A DNA stretch of 60,587 bases, filler included, from Dugesia japonica (GCA_001938525.1; 4 parts of 4 records of this genome joined end to end with filler, not necessarily neighbours in it), one strand, 5' to 3'. Positions 13,946-27,640 are shown, counted from the whole stretch's first letter. The notes: a model not told the origin generated them from the sequence alone. Numbers and translations: made by a program.

Positions 13946-15100
13946 ATGAAGCCAGGAACTCCATCAACTTCAGCGAAATCAACAGATAATTTATAAGAGA
14001 CTATGAACCATATTCAAATCCAATCGACAATTCAAAATAAAATTACAGTGCGATATCATTGAGCAAATTTAATTCAGAAAGATCAAGTCCTACAACATCA
14101 GAGCAATCAGACGAAATCAGTGAAATAACAATTTATCGACGGACAAGTCAAGTGGATAATTTCAGCAGTGACAGTTCAGAATCAAGACACGACTGAAATA
14201 TGTCCGAGAAGGAGACAGATAATTTAAATCAAACATTGATCGATGACAATATTAGTGTGAGTAGAATCAAAAGTAAACATGGATCAGAGTAGAAAACGGA
14301 GTTTAACGACGAGCATTTTTTGGGCGTTCCAGAGAAATTAGAGAGTTTCATAGTGGCTTACGGGATTCACCGAAAGACATGTAGTTGGAGTAAAGAGAGA
14401 GCAGTAGATTGATTACTATTGTATTTAAAAGGATCAGAAAAAACGATATATTGGAATAAAGCGAAATTGGTCAAAGATGGAATGAAAATGTGGGCAGAAG
14501 CAAAAAAGCTGTTAGAAGACAATTTTAAACCACTAACACTACAAGGACAAGAAGCTCAAGATTTTACAGTGAGGTGACAATTAAAAGACGAATTACAGAC
14601 TTTTGCAACAGAACTATGGAAGCTCGGAAAATTAGCGCTTGGAGAAGATGTGCAAGATAAAGTAATTCTTGGAATATTTATTAAAGGTCTCAGAAATGCA
14701 GAAGTGCGTAAATGGGTAAACTTAAGACAGCCAGAAACGGTAGATGAAGCAATAAATGAAGCACGAGTATCAGAAAAAGTAGAAGCCTCACAGAAACAGA
14801 CAAGCATTTTCAAAATCGTTGACTGTAGGTCAGATTCCTTCAGATAACCGAGAACAATTTAATAACTCTCGAGGTGGAAATAATGGTAGACAAAATAATT
14901 GGCAATCAGCAGGTAATCAAAACTGCGTTAATTGTGGAATATATGGATACATTGCTAGAGAATGTCGATCAAGATCATTAAGTTGTACATTAAATTAAAA
15001 GACAGGTCATACGGCAGATCAATGTTTTACATCCAAACCAATAGTATGTTATACTTGTAATAAACCAGGTCATGCAAGCAAAACTTTTTTCAACAATACA
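13946..15100 (+). pseudogene. gag: Ty3/Gypsy-type gag with three CCHC zinc knuckles, degenerate
   Basis: Capsid-like LLLYLKGSEK..WAEAKKLLEDNF..FIKGLRNAEVRKWVNLRQPETVDEAINEARVSE. Knuckles in one frame at 14924 (CVNCGIYGYIAREC), 14984 (CTLN*KTGHTADQC) and 15047 (CYTCNKPGHASK). Stops and frameshifts present. Confidence 0.85.
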
Positions 15101-17343
15101 AATCGAGGAGGATACGGAAATAACAATCGAGGATTGCAGAACAAGTCCAACAATCAAGCAATCGAGATAATGATGCAACAAAATAATAATCTAAGACAAC
15201 AATTACAAAGGTAATCAGAAACAGAGTCAGCAGAGAGTCAATATGATGCAGCAGGAAGTACAGCGACATGAAGCAACCCAACAAAGAGTATATGATAAAC
15301 TTAAACAAGAGCAAAAATACTTACAACTACAAGTCGAGGAACAACGAGTAGTGCAGATGAAATTGAACGAGAGAGCAGCAATTAATAATAATGGTCAAGG
15401 ACGGGTAAATATGATGCAAGCAATTATTAACGAGGTAAAAATTGAAAAGAGCGAACAAGCTTCAATAAAACAGCGAGTGGAAAGTATGCTCGATTTAATG
15501 CAAGGATTCAAAGGAATGATCGGCACAAAACATTATTGGAAATTAATGAATCATATAATGTAACTAATGGAATGTAGTCATTTGAGTCCAAGAACCAAGG
15601 AGGTAAGGCAATTGATGATCTGGAAGTATGAAAGTGAAATACGAGACAAGACAGTGTCGGAAGACTTCAAAATCATAATCAATAAAGCCTTCAAGGAATT
15701 TAAAGAACCAGCTGGAGAAGTAGCGCCGTGTTAGGTCACCTTACAAAACGATACGACGAGAGGACTATTGTGGGCTATTAAAAATAAAAATGTACTCGAA
15801 AGACCGCTGTATGATTATGTACTATGTACCAAGACTAGAGTAATCGAACAAGATGATATGGATGGACATATAACGAATTATGGAGTTACAACTGGACGTA
15901 AAGAGATGCTACAAGTATTAGACAGAAATTTACAAAACGAAGCAATCAAAGTGGCATTATGTACAATTTTAAACTATGAAGGAGATAATGAAGTCTTTAG
16001 AGCGAAAACTTTATCGATATACAACTGAGGTACGAAAATCAATGAGAACTGGTACACAAGAAGGACAACTTTTAAAACAATTCAATTTTGAACCGGCTAA
16101 ATTGGCATCAAGTAGATCATCTATAACTAACAATAAAAACGTCGACAGAGAAATCAATCAGATAATGACAAGATCAGCAATCAAAGTTACACGATGTAAT
16201 TTAGGATAAATCGCACAAGTAACTATGATGACAACTAAAGATATATCTGAGACTGAAGACAATGCCGATAAAGTAATCAACGAGGGAGTCGATACAATTC
16301 AAACCTTACTAAAGATAAAAAGAGCCATCAAGGAACCGATAGCGCCAACCAAAGATAGAAATGATTCAACAGAGGCTATCAACAAAATATTCTCATTAAC
16401 GCGGAACGTGAAGGATAAATTAAACCGACGACGTTATTGGATGACAATTAACCACTTGGTGGAGTTAATTGAACCAGGACACGTAGATACTACGATTAAA
16501 GAGAAGTGGAGACCGTTGATCGAGAAATACAAAGTTGAGGTAATAGAGGAATCGAAAATCTAGGATTATTTTATCTGGGTCGGAGAATCAATAAAGCCAA
16601 TACCAACAAGCAAAGAGATGTGGAATTCAACGAACGTACAATCAATGACAGTAAAAGCGGAAATGAGTAAGTGCTATCATTCAAGAGTCGTAAAAATCAA
16701 AGGGACAACAGCCAGAGATTTAATTGAAGCTTAATCAGAATTAGAATGGCCGAAACCGATTACAGAATATCTAATCAATACCCCAACGATGATTGTAGAT
16801 TGAGGTGATGTGGACGAACATTTATAAGCTTATGGAGTCAAACCAAGATGATAACTGGAAATCCGATTGACTGACAAGGAACGAGTGTGTAAAGATAAAG
16901 AGAAATTATGACAGCACTTAGATTATAGAACTACAGAGGAAATTTTGAAATCGCTGTATGAATGTTATACGAGTTATATTGTACGGCTAATTAAAGATAT
17001 GAAACTCAAAGGACAACAAGATCAAATTTTAAAATCAAAGACTGAAGACAGCAAACCGAGTACAAATCAAGACAGATTATTTATGATGAGATCAATTTCG
17101 AATAAAGTTTTGAGAAAAAAAGTAAAGAGCCCGAAATAACCAGCGAATCTAACTGATACTAGTAAAAGTAAATTGAGAGAGACACCAGTAGCAGCAGACG
17201 ATGATTCAGACAACGAATATTATCAGAATGGGGTAACTATAGAAAATTATGTCAAAGAAACCTTACTTCAAAAAGAAAGAATCCCGAAGCAATCGTATTG
17301 GAGAATAATGAATATAGCATGAGATGAACATTATTATCAGTAG
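15101..17343 (+). pseudogene. Long degenerate ORF downstream of gag: Gln-rich coiled coil plus unknown region
   Basis: Chain of + strand ORF fragments (15243, 15768, 15976, 16225, 16945) broken by stops and frameshifts. No protease, RT, RNase H or integrase motif recognised. Confidence 0.55.
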
Positions 17344-20300
17344 ATTCATAACTGAACATGTAATTGCTTATGTTTTGCTAACATATATGTATAGTAAAAG
17401 TATTTTTAACAATTTCTTATTTCTTTAGTTTTCTTTCTGTTATAACCAATGAGAAGTCTTGTCTGATAGAATGTTTTTCAACCACTTCCACCAATGAGAA
17501 ATATTAAAAGGTGAAGCAAACGACGAAGTAAATTTGATCAATGAAGTAGAAATGTAAAAACAAAGAATCGAGAGAATTACGGGGGCGGAATTTTTTGTGG
17601 GCCCCCAGTAATTTGTTAAGCTGAAACAGACCTGTCGATAAAATGAACATTTAAACAAAAACGAACTAGTGGAAAGAGGAGACAATGCTGCTCAAGCATA
17701 AATGAAAGAAATAGAAATATTAGAAGAGATAATAAAGAATAAAAATAAAATAACGGCTTCAATCAAATGATAGTTAATGGAAAATTGAATAAAATAAACG
17801 GGAATCGGAGAATTGAAATAATAATCAGAACAGAAGACACGGATAAACATTGATCATTGAAATGAATTAGAAGCTCGAAAACATAGTGAAAAGTTAAGAT
17901 TTTATTATTGAGAACAAATTAAATAAACTCGGAAACAAGTGATTAGTAAATAAAATATAATAAGAGAAGAAATAAATAATTGAAATCAGTTAGTGATCAA
18001 AAAGATGAAGAATAAAATAATGCTCAAACGATAAATTTAGAAAGAAAGAGAATAATAATTCCATAAATTAATGAATGAATATTTTATACAAGAAATATTA
18101 AAGGCATAAAATAAATAAATCAAGAAACGATAAAATGCTCACAGGAAACAATAACGAAAGAACTAAAGCACGAAAGCTCAAATAATAAATTCAGTAATAA
18201 AAGAAAACAATATAAAAAAATATAGCTCACGAAATAAAAAAGAAAATTCAAATTAAATGTATGAATTATGCAGGAAATGATAAAAAGAAACAATAAAAGA
18301 AATGAAATCGAAATCAGGAGTTTAAAATGTTATTTATTATTATTTATAAATATATACATACTATAAAAGTATAATTATAATAAAATAATGAGTGAAATAT
18401 AATAAAATAATAAGTTTGATAAAGTAGAATTAAAACAAAAATATTTTTATTTAATTAGAAGGGAAAAGAATTAAGAGGAAATTATGTAAAATAGATCAAT
18501 ATTATATTTGTAGTTAAAATTATGTATAAACATTATTACAATGTAAATAGAAAAGGCCTATTATTATAATAAAAGTATTTGAATAATTAGAATGTAATAT
18601 TATTATTATTTTAGTTAAATATTATTAATTACGAAGAAGAAATTAGAATTAAGAAAATAGAATTGTATGTAATGAAAGATAATAAAGTTAATGTAAGATT
18701 GTGTAAGAATATTAAAATATTTATATTTATTCCCGTATAAATCCATATGAATAAGATAGAAACAAACTATCTGAAATTATTATTATTGTATCATAAATTT
18801 TATTAAAATTATTATTATTACATAAATATTATTATTTATAAAGAAAGGATTTGAATTTTAAAATAAGAGTTAGATATTATGAAAAGGAATGAAAAGTTAA
18901 ATTGAAAAATGAAAACAATATTAAATTATTTATATTTATTAATGTTAAAATTTATATAAAACAAGAAAACCAAATAATTATTTTCAATCAAAAATATTAT
19001 TAAAAATTATTTTCGATTCGTGCCGTTCCAATGAACATGGATTTCATTGGCACCGTTGCACGTTGTAGCAAGAATCATTTTTTTAGAATTATATGTAACG
19101 GGTGAGCACCGCACATTGCTCGTAGAATAGAAAATTAGCTGTATAATTGGTGATCTACATCTAATATATGTGTTGGGTAAGCACCGCACATCACTTGTAT
19201 AATGAAATAATATGAAAGCCCAACATATACAATAGAAACCCTATCACGATCTATGATGCCGATTGAGCACCAGCAATCTTAGAGAATGATATAGAAAATG
19301 CGACAATGCATATGAAAATAAAATAATGTCCAAATTTGGATATTGTATACGAATCTGCGAGTGAGCACCACACGATTCAAAGATTTTTCTAAAAATTTCA
19401 AGTAGTTGCCTACTACACTTGTCCAAAATGACATTATAATTTAGTATAAAAGTAGAAACAAATTACAAAAAAACCTAAAATTTTCTTAAAGATAATGTTT
19501 CTCGCTTATTTACTTATTGTTAAAAGTAATAAGTCGACTTGTTATCATATCATCAAGGACAAGTATCGTAAAACAAAAGTAATTTTATTGGTTGTTAATT
19601 TGATAATTGTGCAATTAAACTGATGAGATGGAAGACTGAGGTGAGGACCAACCTTATCGAGCTATGTTGGTAATGATGGTCGTCATTACTCAGGAATCCA
19701 CGAGATTATCCACTCATATTCATGTCCTTGTTAGAGATAAAAGATGTTGATACTTATGTGAGACAAATGATATTCATGTTCTAGTTAGTGATGAAAGTTA
19801 CTGATATGATTTGAGAATTGAGAGATGTTCATGTGATTTGATAGATGAAAGATGAGATGAAGGAAGAGATATGTTGATGATCATTACAGATGTGGCGGGT
19901 AATAAAAAAGGATAATAATTGATAATTAAGTTACGAACTAATAAATTGATTATGAATGGTTGCGAGTTACGATTCAATGAAGTAATAATGCAGTGATACG
20001 AGTTATGGGTTGAGGAAATGATATAACATATGAACTGAGTATGATGTAGTAAATAAATATTAAGTGAAATGATTATTATTACGAGTTGTGAAAGGTTATG
20101 AGAATTACGTGGATGAATTATACGTACGGTGGTTGAATCCTATCTTCTATTAAATTATATATTATTTTGTTCATATTATTATGCTTGTACCTGTTATGAA
20201 AATATCACCACCCTTGATTAGCATTGATTAATTTTGTTTTTACAGATGATTATTATTGTTTAATGGAACAAAGTTTTTATATCTATTGGAACTTGCCGAT

Positions 20301-20612
20301 GGATCAACCGTCATTCGGAGGGGATGGATCTTTCCAGCTAATATATGCATGGTTACATGATGATAAAGCTGCAGTATTTAGTTCAACACAGATTTATAAA
20401 AAGATGAATATGAAATGATTATGAATTATGATTAAAGATAGAGTAATCAACCTCATCCACGATGCCGTGTGATTGTTGAGCGGTCTAAGCTCATAGTAAC
20501 ATTCCATTCTTTTTTTAATATTAAATTAAATAGACAAATTAAATATTGTTTTATCGTGATATGAATTGCTCTTGTATAATGAATTATTATAGTGATGTTA
20601 CATTATTCATAG

Positions 20613-21143
20613 ATGACTAACCCGATTACAAAGCTAGAGGCGATGCAATCATTGACACCAGCTGGATATTTCTTCACTACATCTCAATGTAATAATATGC
20701 CATCATTGTGGGATTTGGTGAACACCGAGAGAATGGACGCCGATCTGTGGTGGATCACACAAGGAGAACTACAAATCAAAGACGATAAGATCACGGAAAT
20801 GCGAGAATAGATACTTAGACAGTGACAACAATTCGCCAAACATATACGGCGAATAAATGCACTTCAGATTCAAGTAGATCAGCAGGAACGCCAACACCAA
20901 TTACAAGTGACTGAAATCACTAGATGGCAACAGGAATGTAAAATGGAGCTGGTCTCCTTGTTAATCAGATCATCGAAACTAGCAAAGCAACAACAGCACG
21001 TCATCCAAAATATGAAAATAACGCAAATCAAAGTTGAAGAGTATACAAAACTCTCCGAGAAGCTAGCGGGCAAGATTGAAACGGTTATACGACAGGTGCT
21101 TGCACCATTCGACGAAATAGATACAGTCGAGACACTTGAGTGA
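20613..21143 (+). pseudogene. Coiled-coil protein of unknown function
   Basis: ORFs 20613-20810 and 20907-21143 are in the same frame, separated by two stops, with heptad-like Q/E/L/I content. Confidence 0.55.
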
Positions 21144-21343
21144 TCAATTATGTGGTAATCTCAATAAAGATTTGTTTTTATCTAGCAATTTTCTTATCTT
21201 GATTTTGACTAAAGTGTTACAGATAAATTCAATACTAAATTATATTGATTCCGATTGCTAAATGATAATGATAACTAAAATGATGAATAACTTTACATTT
21301 GATAAAATAGTTATATAAAGATAATTAAGTTATAAAGTATTAC

Positions 21344-21676
21344 ATGTCAATAATTTCAGTAACAGAACCAAAGAAACTCACTAACACCTCCGTTGCGGAC
21401 ATCCATAAGAAATGGACGTCCTTGCAAAGAAAGATGCAAAATGAAATCATCGAGCTTCAAGGAAAGAATTCAGTACTACGTGAAAGGAAGCCCAAATTAC
21501 AGGAGCTAGATCTGGCATTATCTCAGTCATGTCGGGCAATCGCTGACATTATCAAATCGTATGCGGAACGAGATAGTGTAATAATTGCAACAGTCCGCAC
21601 ATTCACGCAAGTATCGAGACCAGTGAGCGGGATAACTAAAGAGAAATCGAAGAAAGTGATAGAACTGGACGAATGA
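21344..21676 (+). CDS. Hypothetical coiled-coil ORF or exon
   Basis: 110-aa open frame (LQRKMQNEIIELQGKNSVLRE...), with a possible acceptor tttcag near 21359. Confidence 0.45.
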   Translation: MSIISVTEPKKLTNTSVADIHKKWTSLQRKMQNEIIELQGKNSVLRERKPKLQELDLALSQSCRAIADIIKSYAERDSVIIATVRTFTQVSRPVSGITKEKSKKVIELDE

Positions 21677-21739
21677 TCTTGATTGAAATAAAAAGTATGA
21701 ATGCATTTAGAATTTTTGATTATAACATAAGTTATTATT

Positions 21740-23330
21740 AGTAGATAGGTAGTAGCGGACCGCACCACGCACGCAATCAATAACCCCCCCCCGCCGTGAC
21801 GTAACGTAATGAAATTTAATCCTAATGTATTTAGTTGGGAATTTAAAAATTGCATCATTAGGTAATAGTAATTAATTTGGGGTTACTTTTTTCTTATGTA
21901 TTATTTTGCACACAAATTATGTCATGAGATTTATTTCATCCGTGAAATTTTACGTAATATGATTAACTGGTGTTACTTTTTTCCAGTGTATTTAGTGTAT
22001 TTTTAACTTTAATCGGCAAAAAAAATTTTTTATTTTTTTAATTTTTTTTTTATTTATATTTTATTTTTTTTTGTACCATTCGTCCTAAAATTAAAAAGTT
22101 AGATAGGATTGTCTCATGAACTTGTATCGTAAAATGCTCCAATTTACCACAAAAAGTATGTCCGCAATGAACCACATTTGTTACTATTTTTAGAATTTTA
22201 TTTAATTTAAATTTGCACAGTTTTTCGATGGTATTGTCTATNNNNNNNNNNNNNNNNNNNNNNNNNNNNNNNNNNNNNNNNNNNNNNNNNNAATTTCAGA
22301 TAAAATTATTTGACTTCATGTAAATTTGATAATACTATCTCACTCTTTTTTTTCATCATTAGTATAAGCTTCCTCCCACTCTTGTTCATTTTTCTAACTT
22401 AATGAGTAGTGAGACATGTCCGCACTGAACCACCACCTCCCCCTCGGCGAGTTACTATTTTTAGATTTTTTTAAAAATTTTTTTATTTATTTTGTTTTTT
22501 ATTTATTTATTATTTTTTTTAAAATTTTTTCTTTTAAAATTTTTTTTGTACCATTCGTCCTAAAATTAAAAAGTAAGATAAGACAAAAAGTATGTCCGCA
22601 CTGAACCACATTTGTTACTATTTTTAGAATTTTATTTAATTTAAATTTGCACAGTTTTTCGATGGTATTGTCTATAATTTTTATCGGATCAAATCAAACT
22701 TGGTATCGTTAGACGCGCAATAGTGAGTCACGCAATGTTTATAAAAAGTTATTAAATTTTTAAAAACTGAACCACCTCCAATTTGAAAGATATCGTTTCG
22801 AAAATAGCACCAATGTTCCTAAAATTAAAANNNNNNNNNNNNNNNNNNNNNNNNNNNNNNNNNNNAAATGCTCCAATTTACCACAAAAAGTATGTCCGCA
22901 CTGAACCAACCCCTCCCCCCTGATGACGTACGATTGGGTTGAAAATATATGAGTAGATGTAAAATTAAAAAGTAAGATAGGAATGTCTCATGAACTTGTA
23001 TCCTAAAATGCTTCCTTCCGGNNNNNNNNNNNNNNNNNNNNNNNNNNNNNNNNNNNNNNNNNNNNNNNNNNTAGGAATGTCTCATGAACTTGTATCCTAA
23101 AATGCTTCCTTCCGGTTGAAAATTAGTAACAAAGATTTTTTTTTCCAGCGTATATTTTATTTTAAGAAAATTTTTTTTTATAAGTAGATGTAAAATTAAA
23201 AAGTAAGATAGGAATGTCTCATGAACTTTTATCCTAAAATGCTTCCTTCCGGTTGCAAAATTAGTAACAAGAAATTTTTTAACAAATTTTTTTTTTACAT
23301 AAAAATTTTTTAACAAGAAAAGTTTTTTTT
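21740..23330 (+). mobile_element. Maverick-type left terminus with long subterminal repeat region
   Basis: Starts AGTAGATAGGTAGTAGCGG followed by a C-tract. Internal repeats (aaaagtaagataggaatgtctcatgaacttgtatc; gtatgtccgcactgaacc) occur in inverted orientation at 56450-57180, next to the Maverick genes. Confidence 0.7.
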
Positions 23331-24374
23331 NNNNNNNNNNNNNNNNNNNNNNNNNNNNNNNNNNNNNNNNNNNNNNNNNNNNNNNNNNNNNNNNNNNNNN
23401 NNNNNNNNNNNNNNNNNNNNNNNNNNNNNNNNNNNNNNNNNNNNNNNNNNNNNNNNNNNNNNNNNNNNNNNNNNNNNNNNNNNNNNNNNNNNNNNNNNNT
23501 TTGATAATTTAATTATTTTGATTACATATGTTATAATTAAATTAAAGTTTATTGTTTCGATACATTTTATACTATAAAAATACAAATTTGAACAAATATA
23601 TATTTTTTCTATGCAATTTTTGAAAGTTTTTGTAGACTTCTGTGTAATTTATTGAAAGTTGTAATTTTGGCAATATTTTAACTTTAATCAAATTATTACA
23701 ATTGAAATATCTATGTAAGATAACACACAAAAGAAAATTATGAAAAAATTTATTTAAATCATTCTTTTTTTTTCATTTATAATTCAATCAATATGTCTTC
23801 ACCAATCGTTTATTTCCTCATTGGACTATGAATCAGTCAATTCCACACGAATCATATACTTATTTGTATTTGTGTCAGGTATAACTTCATCAGAAATATC
23901 ATCATTTGGAACCATATNNNNNNNNNNNNNNNNNNNNNNNNNNNNNNNNNNNNNNNNNNNNNNNNNNACGAATCATATACTTATTTGTATTTGTGTCAGG
24001 TATAACTTCATCAGAAATATCATCATTTGGAACCATATCAAGTATTTCATCATCATCAATAATGACCTAATTTGACTGTGCATCAATCAGTTTCTCTGTA
24101 ATAATATCATCATTTAGTTGAGTATCGTTAATCTCTCTCTTTAATGTTGCATCTATTTCATCAATTTCAAATGGTTTTCATCTATCTCTACATCATTTTC
24201 TAGAAAATAATCTACTATTAAATAATTATTTAGATTAATATTAGTTATTTTTATTATAACCTTGAACCGATAAAGTTATATGTTCAATAATATCGTCAAC
24301 AATATTATACAAATGCATTACTAATCAGTTGTTTATATCAATCCTTTGTTTATTTTACATTGTCGTTGCATAAC

Positions 24375-24474
24375 NNNNNNNNNNNNNNNNNNNNNNNNNN
24401 NNNNNNNNNNNNNNNNNNTTAATTAATTAANNNNNNNNNNNNNNNNNNNNNNNNNNNNNNNNNNNNNNNNNNNN
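24375..24474. other. Artificial scaffold linker 44N-TTAATTAATTAA-44N
   Basis: Exactly 100 bp; the 12-mer has stops in all six frames; the same construct occurs three times. Confidence 0.95.
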
Positions 24475-25237
24475 TAATTTATAACCCATAAAACAATAAA
24501 AATAATAACAAAATAAAACAATTACTAAAATTTTACGATTAAAATTATTGCGAGAATAATTGTTGGTCGAATTTTGAAGTTTCAAAAAATTAAAAAGCTT
24601 CGATCAAAAATGTTATTTCTTTGTTGTTATTAGTAATTTAGTTTTTTACGATTGTCTACTTCAGGAATAAACTATTTCCTAATTGGCCAATCAGTAATTT
24701 GCACCCTCATTGCATTTTTGTGTTTTTATTGCATTTATTTACATATTATTCGCAAATTATATCTTGATCATTATAATTTGTGATCCTAATTACCACTGTT
24801 TAATTTTAAACTGTTAATTCTCAAATTATATCTAATTGTCCGATTCATGTTGAATTCCTGACCTACCGTTTACATTTGTAGTTGTTTAATTATTCGTGAA
24901 CTTAACATTAAGCTTATTCGAACAAATTTAATAAAAATTAAATAAAATAACGAAATATTAAGCAATAGTTGAATGCTTTAAAAGTTTTAATAAAGATTAT
25001 CATAATTATTTTCAAATTTCAAATAACTAATNNNNNNNNNNNNNNNNNNNNNNNNACTTTGGGTCTGAAACGGTGCGATTATAGTTTAATCGTTTCAGCA
25101 AAAGCTTTTTAAAATGTTATGAAATTCAATCCATTAGCACTTTTAAATTTAAATTATCATTTAGACTATTTTATTAAATTTTTAATTAGAAATATTAAAA
25201 TAAATCGTTTCTTTTATCTGTAAGAATTAACTTTAAT

Positions 25238-25349
25238 ATTCATTTAACATAAAAGCTTCGATCAAAATTTGTTTTTTTGGTTTTTAATAACAATTGTTAT
25301 CAAAAACCAAAAAAACAAATTTTGATTGAAGCTTTTATGTTAAATGAAT
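25238..25349. repeat. 112-bp near-perfect palindrome made from two ends of the short dispersed repeat
   Basis: attcatttaacataaaagcttcgatcaaaatttg...caattg...caaattttgattgaagcttttatgttaaatgaat, with two mismatches and centre CAATTG at 25291-25296. Confidence 0.9.
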
Positions 25350-26759
25350 TCCGAAAAACGATCAATGGTTACGTTCAACAATTATTCTCGCAATAATTAC
25401 AATTGTAGAATAACTTTAATAATTAAATAATCGTAAGATAATCTTATATTCGGATATGTTTAATTTTGAATTAACATTTACTGCTGATAAAAATTGTATC
25501 ATTATCAAACAAGAAAAGAATAATAGATGTGAAATGTTGTATATTCCAATGGAAATCGTCAAAAAAATTTAATTTTTCAAGGATAGATACTTGTTAGATT
25601 GAACTAGTTAATTTTTTTTTAGAATTTCACCAGGTCAGTTATCTTAAAGTAGTTGGTAACTATTAGTTACTCATGTATACATTAAGATATTAATTAATTA
25701 TAACACGCAATCCATTATTATTTAAATTAAAGTTAATATATGTAAAGATATTTGTGAAAAGAAAATTTTTCTGTTATGTCTACATTATATTATATTCATT
25801 ATTCCCGTTTCCCTCATAAACTAAAGTAGCCGTACTGCTGGACTTATGAGGGCTTCAACGAAAATAAATATTGGCTTTAAATACAAAGTTGTTTTAATTT
25901 AAAATTTTATTATCGAATAAGATTGTCATAATTAATTGAAAATTATGAATTTACATCTTCGTTATTATCTTTGTAAAAATAGCAGGAATTACTTGAAACT
26001 CTAGATTTTTACAAGCCATGCTGTTAGATAAGATAATTTACAAGGCTTAATAATTTTGAATATATTTGGATTTGATTCATCGATGTCCATCTCTTATGAA
26101 CTTCTAAAAATTACTAAAGGGCCACTTGTAGTCCACCTGGACCAGATTGAAAGTCTATGGTTTAAACGATGTTACTTACAGTTTGAAAAGTACAAAATAT
26201 GACTTTGATGAAATATTTTTGTTAATAATTGTTATTTGTCAACCATTTAGTTCTATGAAATTCGGCTTTCTAATATATTAATTGTAAGAAATAAATGGTA
26301 AAATCATCTTATAATTGATCACTTGCTACGGTTTAATAAAATTATTCATGTTTCCTTTGTTAATTTCTGAATTATATTGTTAGAGTGTAATCGTCAGTAA
26401 GTAAATTAAAACTGATGTACGATTACACGATTAAAAGGAATAGTCGTAATCTCTTAATAAAAATAGTGTATTGATTAACCTCATATAAGTAAATATATTA
26501 GTAAAATCAAAATCCATGCACAATCAATAAATATTAGTCATACAAACGCGATTGGCAGTAAAAAATTTTTATAAGTACATTGGTTTATTAATAAAATTTC
26601 AGTTGATATTTGCAAATAATTTCATACTGAAAAAAGTAAAAATAAAAAATTGAATAATATTAAAAAATGACCCCAAAATTGCTCAATTCAAATAAATGAC
26701 CCTAAAATTACACATTTCAAAAACACTTTTAAACGAACAACTTTATTCATATCAATTTA

Positions 26760-27640
26760 TTTATTCCAATTTTTTATTACCTCATATAGATCTCTAATGA
26801 AATTGTCACGCCACATAAATTCATTAATATAATCTTTTGAATATTCTTTTCTAATTCCTCGCATATTTTTTACAACAGGATTTTTGTTTATTTCAATATG
26901 ATTCGATGTAATGGGTATGAGCTCCTGTTTGAAGGTTAATAAAATTTATTTTATGGTTAACTGCCAAGGGAATAATAAGCTATCCACTCATCACTATATA
27001 CAATGCTACCTGAACGCACTATCTGAGTAACTATTGGCAATAAAGTATCAGATTTTCTATCAGGTACTACCTGCGTAAATCCTTTAGCTGGAACATAACA
27101 GCAGTCTACAATCCCAAATACCTATATTCGAGAATCTGAAACTCTTCTTCGATGATACTTTTGTTTATGACAAAATTAGCTTTCGTCAATTTGACATACA
27201 ACATTTTCTCCTCCGAATTTAATTGAATGCCTCAGAAAATAGTTGAAGACATAGGTTCTGAACAGTTGAGGATCTAAATTAGGGTAAATAACGCAATCGC
27301 TATCGACTTTTTAATCTAACAAATACTCTCTTCAACTGCACATCAATATAAAATCTCCATTCGAGTTTTAAGATCGATTGTGCAACTACCAAAAAATGAA
27401 AGTTTTCTTTTGGATATTGTAGTCTTATAGTGACTACAATGTTTATTTTGGTATTTCCATATAAATCGATCTCGTGATGCTGCCTTTTTGTCCAATTCAT
27501 CTCAATTTCACAGTAATTACACTACATTGATGAAACTAGTAACTGTTTTGATTTAAAGAACTGTATAAATTCTTCTAAACTTCCTCCCAAAATGAGTCTT
27601 ATCTTTTCTTCATAATAAGTTTACATTTTGATTACCATTA
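26760..27640 (-). pseudogene. Merlin (IS1016/IS1595-like) DDE transposase, degenerate
   Basis: Minus strand reads VCQIDES*F..KYHRRR..VFGIVD..VPDRKSDTLLPIV..GSIVYSDEWIAY..VNHKINF..GAHTHYIESY..INEFMWR, preceded by a Cys/Trp zinc-ribbon-like segment. Confidence 0.9.

Larger units (their letters stand above)
9560..21739 (+). mobile_element. Large degenerate gag-bearing retroelement-like region (limits uncertain)
   Basis: Continuous purine-rich + strand; internal tandem repeats (11275-11480, 12460-12690); gag; and further + strand ORF remnants. Ends at a Maverick terminus. No LTR pair identified. Confidence 0.4.

Noticed and set aside
21960-23330. CRISPR-like array of repeated ~45-bp units
   Set aside because: Eukaryotic context, irregular spacing, non-unique spacers and no cas genes; these are Maverick subterminal repeats.
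24419-24430. TTAATTAATTAA palindrome as a biological motif (also 37891 and 49950)
   Set aside because: Always centred in exactly 44+44 N; it is an assembly linker.
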